Origin: an uncultured Chloroflexia bacterium
Lineage (GTDB): Bacteria; Chloroflexota; Chloroflexia; Thermomicrobiales; CFX8
Assembly (NCBI GenBank): GCA_963729445.1
Contig: CAVSNU010000002.1
Coordinates: 1,143,925 to 1,207,924 of the forward strand
Direction: 5' to 3'
DNA: 64,000 nucleotides
Positions 56,768-64,000 of the stretch are shown here, piece by piece (position 1 is the stretch's first letter; every line of letters starts with the position of its first letter). The notes under the pieces were generated by a model. That model ran no database searches. It had not been told where the DNA came from and saw only the letters and a list, made by a program, of their open reading frames with translations. The position numbers and the translations under genes were made by a program.

Positions 56768-56823
56768 ATAAGGACGAATACGTGTCGAGGGTGCCCTATC
56801 TGTGACGCGCTGTCACCGCTCGC

Positions 56824-58029
56824 CTAGCCCGTGACGGGCAGCGCTTCCGGCTCTGCCTGTGGTGAGAGCTGGGCTCTGAGGAGGTACACGATCAAGGGGA
56901 GCGAGAGCGCGACCGCGACCACCAGCGGCAGGGCGGGCCAGATGTCGTAGAGCAATCCGGCAATGATCGGGGCAAGGGTGAAGCCCGCCACAATCAGAAT
57001 CTCACTCATCGTAAAGACGTGGTGATGGTTGCGGTCCGGCGTCACGTCGCCGAGCGCGGCTGAGAACAGAGAGAGCGACGAGAAGAGGCCACCGCGCAGG
57101 ATGAACCCCACGATAATGACGGGAAGCACGGTTGGTTGCAGGAAGAGCAGATAGCCAATACTCACCCCCGCTACCGCGATACCGGCTCCACGCAGCGGCG
57201 CGCTGGCGAAGCGCTGGCTGCGCACGACCAGCAAGCCAAACAAGATCGAGCCCACTGCCGAAAAGGACGTCAGCAGCGCGATCAGGTCGTCAGGGTGACC
57301 CCCAACCTGCCGTAGGTAGTTCGGAATGAACTGTGCCCCGAGACCGATGGCGAAGACCGTCAGGAATTTGAGCAAGAGCACCGAGCGCACCTGCGGAACG
57401 GCCAGCGCGGTCCGATAACTCTCTCCGGCCATCCCCTCGCGGCCCTCTTCAACCGGGAGGTTCTCGGGTTTGATACGCGAGAAGATCAGGATGGAGATGA
57501 ACGAAAACACCGCCGAGACGACGAACGGCGAGCGCAGACCGAACAGCGCGATGACCCCGCTGGAGATGAGCGGGGCGATCAGGAACGCCAGTGAGGGCCC
57601 AATCGTTACCACAAGGGCGAAGGCTCGCGCTCGCTCTTTACCGGCGTTCGTGGCGACGTGGGAAAGCACGATCGGGAACGCCATCGAGCCAGCCGCGATG
57701 CCAACCATTGCCGGCAGCAGCCATGGCCAGCTCGGGGCGAAGGCCGCCGTCCCGATTCCGACCAGGGCGATCGCGCGCGAAAGGATGAGCAGCGTTTTCG
57801 CGCCGAATTTCTTGGCAAGTGCTGCTGTGGGTAAGAGCACGAAGAACCGGATGACACCGCTGAAGCCCAGCAGCACACCGATCAACGTGATCGGCGCGCC
57901 GAGCTCCTCCATGAACAACGTCCAGATTGGCATGTACGCGGCAAACGAGCCTTCGAGGAAGACCATGCCCCAGAAGGCCAGACCGTTCTCGCGCCCCAAG
58001 CCAAAGTACCACCGTGGACCTTCGTACAC
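56824..58029 (-). CDS. MFS transporter
   Basis: 401-aa ORF with about 12 TM segments and the typical two-halves organisation. Confidence 0.75.
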   Translation of the reverse strand: MYEGPRWYFGLGRENGLAFWGMVFLEGSFAAYMPIWTLFMEELGAPITLIGVLLGFSGVIRFFVLLPTAALAKKFGAKTLLILSRAIALVGIGTAAFAPSWPWLLPAMVGIAAGSMAFPIVLSHVATNAGKERARAFALVVTIGPSLAFLIAPLISSGVIALFGLRSPFVVSAVFSFISILIFSRIKPENLPVEEGREGMAGESYRTALAVPQVRSVLLLKFLTVFAIGLGAQFIPNYLRQVGGHPDDLIALLTSFSAVGSILFGLLVVRSQRFASAPLRGAGIAVAGVSIGYLLFLQPTVLPVIIVGFILRGGLFSSLSLFSAALGDVTPDRNHHHVFTMSEILIVAGFTLAPIIAGLLYDIWPALPLVVAVALSLPLIVYLLRAQLSPQAEPEALPVTG

Positions 58030-58306
58030 CCGGATTCCTCACAGCCATAGCAGCCTGTAGACGCGCGATGGCCCACGCTGTTGCTTCAACGTGGGCTCGA
58101 AAATCTATTCTATGCTAGATCGGGCTAGGCATTACGACTATTTCAAAGATTCTCGTTGCGTTGTCACGCGACGTGGTTCTCAGACATCCAGTGGGTTGTC
58201 GCTCACCCCTCGATCGCCGAACGGTTCCCGGCCGAGGAGCACGAGCCAGCCACTTCCGGATAGAATCAAGGAGATTGGACGATCTTCTGGGCACGGAGGG
58301 GTGAGC

Positions 58307-58582
58307 ATGGCTGAGACAGGGGTAGTCGTTTTCTATGATGAGCGGAACAACTATGGCTTTATCGCGCCAGACGATGACTCTGGCGATTTGATCTTTTCCC
58401 TCGTTCCGGGCGAGGGGCAGGTGACGGTTGGTGACAACGTGACATTTGACCGCCTGCCGACGCCTGCTGTCACACCCGTTGGCCCAACCGCCTATCACGT
58501 CCGCCGCGCGGGGTTTACTCCCATGCAACCCCAGGTCGAGCCTGAGCCAGTGGCTGAGAAGAGCGTCGTCCAGGGCTCCTGA
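58307..58582 (+). CDS. Cold-shock-domain-like small protein
   Basis: MAETGVVVFYDERNNYGFIAPDDDSGDLIF parallels the CspA segment [33 protein letters not shown] RBS precedes ATG 58307; the ORF extends to 58091. Confidence 0.55.
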   Translation: MAETGVVVFYDERNNYGFIAPDDDSGDLIFSLVPGEGQVTVGDNVTFDRLPTPAVTPVGPTAYHVRRAGFTPMQPQVEPEPVAEKSVVQGS

Positions 58583-58750
58583 ACCCCAGTCTTTCCCGTC
58601 TATGTTCGGGCGGCTCCCTGAGCTGCCCCATTCCCCAACATAAGCGGCATCAGGGCCAACCGCGGCCCGCTGCGGTCACTCTGCGCCCGACCAGTCATCT
58701 TTACGTAAGGAAGGGCTTGCCTTGAGCGCCTTGACGGTCATCCGGCGCTC

Positions 58751-59420
58751 GTGAGTCACCCTAAGCGCCTGATAGTCATCCTGACCGCCAATCAGTCACC
58801 CAGAGCGTTCATCGTCATCCAGAGCGTTCATCAGTCATCCAGAGCGTTCATCAGTCATCCTGAGCGTTTATCAGTCATCCTGAGTAGTGGACCACAGTGG
58901 AGTTGTCAGGCCCCGGGATTCCGTCGGTCGGTCGGGGAGGACACCATCAGCGTGGTCGCGTACCGACACTCATTAGCGAAGACATGGGTTGAGCGGTGCA
59001 TGACTGCCTGGAGCGGCGCCTCTCCAATAACCCAGAGGAGCTACCCAGTCATCCTGAGCGCAGGCGAAGGATCTCGTGCCTGACACCCGAGGCGTTGGAC
59101 CAGAGATCCTTCCTTGCGTCAGGATGACTAACCAGCGCAGGACTGGCCCACCAGGCAGTTGTCACGATTCGGGGTTTCTACCGAGTGTGACACCAGCATC
59201 GTGGTCGAGTACGGAGCGGAAGCGAAGGATCTCTGGCTTGACACCGGAGACGTTTGACGCAGAGATCCTTCGCTTGCGCTCAGGATGACTATCAAGCGCT
59301 CAGGGTCACTATCAAGGCGCTCAGGGCGACTGAGTTGGGCGCTCAGGGCGACTGAGTTGGACGCTCAGGACGACTGGTTGGGCGCTCAGGATGACTGAGT
59401 TGGCGCTCGGAATGGCCCGT
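58751..59420. repeat. Repeat cluster bracketed by inverted tandem arrays of 20-22-nt units
   Basis: The left array (58775-58885) has about 6 units of GTCAYCC(W)GAGCGTTCATCA. The right array (59276-59402) has about 6 units of CGCTCAGGRYGACT...GG, whose core is the reverse complement of the left unit. The centre carries the same modules as the 48-kb cluster (GGACTGGCCCACCAGGCAGTTGTCACG, CATCGTGGTCGAGTAC, GAAGGATCTC..GAGATCCTTC). Confidence 0.7.
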
Positions 59421-59631
59421 TTTGCGCAGGGTGGGCGTTTCGTCCCTCTCGATGAGATGGCCACCTGAGCGGTCCATGTTGCCCAATGCTTCCTGACGTT
59501 GATGCTCAGGGGACGGCTTAGGGATCCGTTGCAACCCTTTCCAAACGGGAGTGAAGTGTGCCCCCGCCGGGCTCCGGGAGAGGCTGCGTCCAGCAGTAAC
59601 TGGCAGCCTTGCTATCAATTTTGCAATCAAC

Positions 59632-59659
59632 TTGCGCTCAGGCGCGCGTCAGTTATAAT
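59632..59659 (+). promoter_or_regulatory. Candidate sigma70-type promoter for the peptide ABC operon
   Basis: TTGCGC, a 16-nt spacer, then TATAAT (59654-59659), 110 nt upstream of ATG 59770. Confidence 0.35.
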
Positions 59660-59769
59660 GCCGCTACTAATTCATCCGAACCAGAACAGTTGACGCTGAC
59701 CCCGGGGCAGGGACGGCCCTCTAAACAGCCCGGGAGCCGTGAAAAATAAAAGAAGGGCTAGCGCCCAGG

Positions 59770-60780
59770 ATGGTTCTCCACCTGATCATTAGGAGACTCT
59801 TCTTTCTGGTATTCGTCGTCGTTGCCCTGTCAGTCGTGACGTTTATTCTCATGCACATCGTGCCGAGCGACCCTGCCCGGAATATTGCTGGACCGCGAGC
59901 GAGTCCCGCTGCCGTCCAGCAGATCCGGGACGACTACGGGCTCGATGACCCTGTCGTGGAGCGCTATGTCTCCTACATGACCGGAATTCTCCAGTTGGAT
60001 TTCGGCGACTCACTCAGCTCTCGCCGTCCGGTTACCGAGGACCTCAAACGTTATATCCCGGCAACGCTGGAGCTGGCGCTGGTCGCGATGGCGTTTTCGA
60101 TTGTCGTTGGGGTTCCCCTGGGGGTTGTCTCGGCGGTGAGAAAGAATTCAGGTATTGATGCCTTCGGGCGGATTATCTCGGTTATCGGGCTATCGATGCC
60201 GTCATTCTGGCTGGCGATCGTCTTACAGTTCGTCTTCTTTGCCCAGCTTGGCTTGCTGCCGGACGGCCAGCGCTTACCGATCGGTGTCGAAGCGCCACGG
60301 ACAATCACGACTCTCTACAGTGTTGACGCCCTGCTCACGCTCAACTTTGATGTCTTCTTCACCACCCTGAAGCACCTGGCCATGCCGGCCTTCGTGCTCG
60401 GCTTCATCTCGCTCGCGCCTGTGACCCGCATGATCCGTTCCGCCATGCTCGAAGTGCTGAACCAGGATTACGTCCGCACCGCCCGTGCCAAAGGGTTGAA
60501 GAACAACATTGTGATCTACCGGCATGCATTGAAGAATGCGCTCTTGCCGGCCATCACCGTCACCGGTCTGCAACTGGGCTTGCTGCTCAGCGGCACCGTT
60601 CTGGTGGAGATTGTGTTCTCGTGGCCTGGTATCGGCCGCTACGCCTTCCAGTCTATCCAGAATCAGGATCCCAATTCGTTGATTTCGGTGACGCTCGTGA
60701 TCGGGTTTTTCTACGTGCTGGCAAACATGATTGTGGATATCGCCTATATCTTCCTTGACCCAAGGATTCGTGTCACATGA
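59770..60780 (+). CDS. ABC transporter permease (DppB/OppB family)
   Basis: N-terminus LIIRRLFFLVFVVVALSVVTFILMHIVPSDPA and an EAA-like loop YVRTARAKGLKNNIVIYRHALKNA. Confidence 0.85.
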   Translation: MVLHLIIRRLFFLVFVVVALSVVTFILMHIVPSDPARNIAGPRASPAAVQQIRDDYGLDDPVVERYVSYMTGILQLDFGDSLSSRRPVTEDLKRYIPATLELALVAMAFSIVVGVPLGVVSAVRKNSGIDAFGRIISVIGLSMPSFWLAIVLQFVFFAQLGLLPDGQRLPIGVEAPRTITTLYSVDALLTLNFDVFFTTLKHLAMPAFVLGFISLAPVTRMIRSAMLEVLNQDYVRTARAKGLKNNIVIYRHALKNALLPAITVTGLQLGLLLSGTVLVEIVFSWPGIGRYAFQSIQNQDPNSLISVTLVIGFFYVLANMIVDIAYIFLDPRIRVT

Positions 60781-61700
60781 GCACACAAGAAACGGTCAGC
60801 AGCACCCCTCCAGCAGCAGGACAGCTACAGGCGCAGGTCAAAGCACCGTCGAGGCGGACTGGGTTCCGCTACTTCATCAAGCGCTTTTCCAGAGAGAGTC
60901 CGCTGAACGTCGTTGCTCTCGGGCTCATAGTCGTCTTCTTCTTTATCTGTATCTTCGGAACGATGCTCGCTCCATACGATCCACTCAGGCCGGCGATTCA
61001 GGACAAGCTCGTTGGGCCGTCCTCGGCGCACCTGCTCGGGACAGATGAACTCGGCCGCGATGTGCTGAGCCGGGTGATGGCGGGCGCGCGGATTTCGCTC
61101 GGCATCGCGACGCTGATTCTGATCATCGCTATCCCGGTGGGCACGCTCGTGGGCGTGTTCGCGGGCTATTATGGCGGGCTGCTTGATGAAATGTTGATGC
61201 GGGTGACCGATATTTTTCTGGCCTTCCCTGCCATCATCCTGGCTATGGCGATTGCCGCCGCACTGGGTCCTAATTTGCGCAATACGGTCATCGCGCTGAC
61301 GCTCGTGTATTGGCCCTGGTATGCCCGGTTGATTCGCGGCCAGGTACTACAGATTAAAGAGCGTGACTACGTTGATGCCGGTAGAGCGATCGGTGTTGGC
61401 ACTCCGAGGCTCATCATGCGCCACATCTTGCCGAACGCCGTTGCCCCGATCATCATCCAGGCCACGATCGACGTTGGGTTCGCGGTGCTGGCGACTGCCG
61501 GACTTTCCTTTATTGGGCTTGGTGCCCAGCCCCCCTCGCCCGAGTGGGGCGCCATGATTTCGAATTCGCGTACCTATTTTCGAGAAGCCTGGTGGTACTT
61601 CACCTTCCCGGGCGTCGCTCTGACGTTAACGGTCATTGGGTTCAACCTGCTTGGTGATGGTCTGCGCGATTACTTTGATCCGCGCACACGAGGTAGCTAA
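60777..61700 (+). CDS. ABC transporter permease (DppC/OppC family)
   Basis: HLLGTDELGRDVLSRV and DYVDAGRAIGVGTPRLIMRHILPNA. Its start overlaps the upstream stop by 4 nt. Confidence 0.85.
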   Translation: MSTQETVSSTPPAAGQLQAQVKAPSRRTGFRYFIKRFSRESPLNVVALGLIVVFFFICIFGTMLAPYDPLRPAIQDKLVGPSSAHLLGTDELGRDVLSRVMAGARISLGIATLILIIAIPVGTLVGVFAGYYGGLLDEMLMRVTDIFLAFPAIILAMAIAAALGPNLRNTVIALTLVYWPWYARLIRGQVLQIKERDYVDAGRAIGVGTPRLIMRHILPNAVAPIIIQATIDVGFAVLATAGLSFIGLGAQPPSPEWGAMISNSRTYFREAWWYFTFPGVALTLTVIGFNLLGDGLRDYFDPRTRGS

Positions 61701-61836
61701 GCAGCCTGGACATCAACGCGAACCACTGGCAAAGGAGGTATGGCGCGACAGGCCGTGTTTCACAACAGGGGAGTGGGTGTGGACACACCAGCCGACCGAC
61801 GCTTGCTGACGTTATTTTTAAAGAAGGAGCCCCAGA

Positions 61837-63645
61837 ATGCCTCAGGAAGAAAACCGGGAGTTTCTGAACCTCATCATGGGCGTGCGCGCCGGTGCGCTTA
61901 CCCGTCGGCAAGTACTCAAACGAGGTCTGGCCCTCGGCTTGTCGACGCCGGTCATCATGTCGTTGCTGGCCGCCTGTGGCGGTGAGGAGAGTGGTGACGG
62001 CGGTGGTGAAACGCCTCAGTCCGCACCTGCCGGCCCAACGAACACCCGCGTGCCGGTTGTTTCCGCCACCAGTACCCCGGGTACGGGTGCCAGCGCCGGC
62101 GAGCCAAGCCCCACGACTGGCGAGCGAGGGGCTGTTTCGGACGACCGCGAGTTCGTCATGCTCTTCACTGGTGGCGTCCCAGACCTCGACCCACAATCCG
62201 CATACGACAACCAGGCAAGTAGTCTCTTTCTAGCCGCCTACGAGATGTTGCTGCGCTTCGACGGCGAGAGCACCTTTGAGTTCCAGCCGATGCTTGCGAA
62301 CTCCTGGGAGTCCAACGACGACCTGACCGAGTTCACCTTCACCATCGACGAAGGCATCAAGTTCCATGACGGCTCGGATTGTGATGCCCAGGCCGTTGTC
62401 GATTCGCTCACGCGCTTCATCGAGATGGGGCGTGGCCCGGTTGACGTGCTCAAGCGCTTCGTCCCTGATCCCAGCAACATGGAAGCAGTCGACGCCACGA
62501 CGATCAAGTTCACCATGACCAAGCCGGAGCCGCTCTTCCTGTCCGCGATGGCCTCCGAATACGGCCCGCTCATCGTCTCGCCGGCTGCCATGGAGGCCAA
62601 CAAGACCGACGCCGATCCATACGCCCACGAGTGGTTTGCCCTCAACATGGTTGGCACCGGACCCTACATGGTCACCGAAGCTGAGGCACAAGAACGCTTC
62701 GTGCTGGACCGTTTCGAGGATTTCCATGGTCCGGAGCACTTCTTTGACCGCGTCGTCGCGCGCGTCGTGCCGGAGGATGTCACCCGCCGGCAGCTGATCG
62801 AATCCGGTGATGCCGATGGTGTCGCCGTGTTGCCGGCCGAGGATCTAATTGCACTCCGTTCGAATCCAGCGGTGCAGGTTGTCGAATATGAGACCACTCA
62901 GTGCGACTGGATTCGATTGAACTATGCCCGCCTTACGCCGGAGGCTCGCCAGGGACTCTGTTACGCTTTCCCCTATGACGATGTGATTGACCAAGTGTTG
63001 CGAGGGTTCGCCAAGAAGCAGGGTCCCATCGCGGATACCGTGATTGGCTTCGACCCAAGCATCGAACTGTACAGCACTGATCTCGAACGTGCCCGCGAGC
63101 TGCTGACCGCAGGTGGCATTACCGAGAGCGACGAGATTGAGTACATGCTGGCGAGTGGTGATGCCGATGATAGCGCCATTGCCGAGCTCTACCAGGCAAG
63201 TCTGGCTGAAATTGGCTTCAATCTGGTGCTCACCCAGGTTGACCGCTCGCAGCTTGTGGACATGGCCTATGGCGATTCACCGCCGGAGGAGCGGCCGCAC
63301 ATGACGTCCAGTGGCTGGTGGCCTGACTATAACGACTCCTACAACCAGCTGTTCCCGAACTTCCACCCGGATTCTGCTGGTAGCGCTGGATCGAACTCGA
63401 TGTTCTATGGCAACGAAGAAGTCGGCCAGTTGCTCGACCAGGCACGTGACGCCGAAACCGAAGAGGAACTGATAGATCTCACCGGTCAGATCCTCCAGAT
63501 CATGATCCAGGATGACCCGGCCGCGGTCTTCTACGCACAGATCACCCGCGCGCAAGTTCTCAGTGCTGACATCCGCGGCTTCAGACCGAACGGCATCTAC
63601 ATCGCGTCGTATAACTTCCACGAGATGTGGCGCGAGGCGACGTAA
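61837..63645 (+). CDS. ABC transporter substrate-binding protein, family 5 (peptide/nickel), Tat-lipoprotein signal
   Basis: LTRRQVLKRGLALGLSTPVIMSLLAACGG. 602 aa, family-5 SBP size. AAGGAG RBS. Confidence 0.8.
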   Translation: MPQEENREFLNLIMGVRAGALTRRQVLKRGLALGLSTPVIMSLLAACGGEESGDGGGETPQSAPAGPTNTRVPVVSATSTPGTGASAGEPSPTTGERGAVSDDREFVMLFTGGVPDLDPQSAYDNQASSLFLAAYEMLLRFDGESTFEFQPMLANSWESNDDLTEFTFTIDEGIKFHDGSDCDAQAVVDSLTRFIEMGRGPVDVLKRFVPDPSNMEAVDATTIKFTMTKPEPLFLSAMASEYGPLIVSPAAMEANKTDADPYAHEWFALNMVGTGPYMVTEAEAQERFVLDRFEDFHGPEHFFDRVVARVVPEDVTRRQLIESGDADGVAVLPAEDLIALRSNPAVQVVEYETTQCDWIRLNYARLTPEARQGLCYAFPYDDVIDQVLRGFAKKQGPIADTVIGFDPSIELYSTDLERARELLTAGGITESDEIEYMLASGDADDSAIAELYQASLAEIGFNLVLTQVDRSQLVDMAYGDSPPEERPHMTSSGWWPDYNDSYNQLFPNFHPDSAGSAGSNSMFYGNEEVGQLLDQARDAETEEELIDLTGQILQIMIQDDPAAVFYAQITRAQVLSADIRGFRPNGIYIASYNFHEMWREAT

Positions 63646-63772
63646 GGTAGCGACTGCTGCAGCGTGCCCCGGCGCGGAGAACCATTCCGCGCCGGGCTGT
63701 CCCAATATTCTCGGATGCCCATCCCCTGTACTGATGAGGAGCGGTATCCCTCTCTTGATGGAGACAGTTCCA

Positions 63773-64000
63773 ATGGAAGAAGATATCAAGAGACGCACGC
63801 TCGAACTCATGCTAGGCGTTCGTGGCGGACGGCTGACCCGCCGCCAGGTGCTCGCGCGCGGTCTCGCGCTCGGCCTGTCGTCACCGGTGATTATGGCGTT
63901 GCTTGCTGCCTGCGGCAGTGATGATACCGACGGTGACGAGGGCAGCAGTGCTGGCGCCGAGGCCAGCCCGGCGGCAACGAGAGTGCCGGTCGTGGTCGCC
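63773..64000 (+). CDS. Second family-5 substrate-binding protein, 5-prime partial (runs off the window)
   Basis: MEEDIKRRTLELMLGVRGGRLTRRQVLARGLALGLSSPVIMALLAACGSDD is paralogous to the N-terminus of the 61837 gene. There is no stop before the window end. Confidence 0.7.
   Translation, partial: MEEDIKRRTLELMLGVRGGRLTRRQVLARGLALGLSSPVIMALLAACGSDDTDGDEGSSAGAEASPAATRVPVVVA

Noticed and set aside
58775-59402. Tandem 20-22-nt units, considered as a CRISPR array or as plasmid-type iterons.
   Set aside because: There are no unique spacers between the units, since the units abut each other. No cas or rep gene is nearby. The unit cores belong to the dispersed GTCATCCTGAGCG palindromic repeat family seen elsewhere in the window.

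Overview
This is a 64-kb high-GC bacterial chromosomal window. Hand-counted 60-nt lines give about 63-65% GC in most genes. I support about 48 protein genes, two multiply frameshifted paralogous genes and several gene fragments. I saw no rRNA, tRNA or CRISPR array.

Coding content, left to right:
- MacB/FtsX-type ABC exporter.
- PRC-barrel protein and a UPF0104 membrane protein.
- Tandem pair of form-II CoxL-like molybdopterin subunit genes, both broken by many 1-nt indels.
- Xre/RES toxin-antitoxin operon, translationally coupled to a divergent Ham1/ITPase-like gene.
- APH-like kinase and an orphan HicB.
- Three paralogous ~1040-aa Asp-box (BNR)/sortilin-like propeller proteins, interrupted by a Mn catalase and a lower-GC lipoprotein gene.
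- GNAT, a VOC-family protein, and NhaA with an N-terminal ABM-like domain.
- Small ZnF-UBP protein.
- Operon of TctCBA, an HMG-CoA-lyase-like enzyme and a family III CoA-transferase.
- Aminotransferase.
- Lower-GC islet carrying an MNT-HEPN fusion that converges on a TcmP + DUF5131 (Gp37/Gp68, three-Cys) pair.
- Lipoprotein, DUF4097 protein, D-cysteine desulfhydrase-like enzyme, DinB, FhuF-like protein and an MBL-rhodanese enzyme.
- Two convergent secreted proteins, one with tandem ScyD/ScyE-like propellers.
- MetE-like enzyme, S9 peptidase, MFS transporter and a CSD-like protein.
- Peptide-type ABC importer with two substrate-binding proteins.

Non-coding highlights:
- Two perfect consensus parS sites at 4590 and 8898.
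- An oriC-like cluster at about 56.44-56.77 kb, in a 463-bp spacer between convergent genes. It has two perfect and three 1-mismatch DnaA boxes plus a 30-nt AT-rich tract.
- A family of mosaic palindromic repeats built on GTCATCCTGAGCG / GAAGGATCTC modules and a 22-bp-stem hairpin element, found at 158-321, 30729-30755, 48063-48700 and 58751-59420.

The best candidate for an undescribed system is the TcmP/DUF5131 islet with the adjacent MNT-HEPN fusion. Taxon is not determinable from here. The gene content and repeat type are reminiscent of Thermomicrobia/Chloroflexota, at low confidence. All homology calls come from motif reading by eye; no searches were run.
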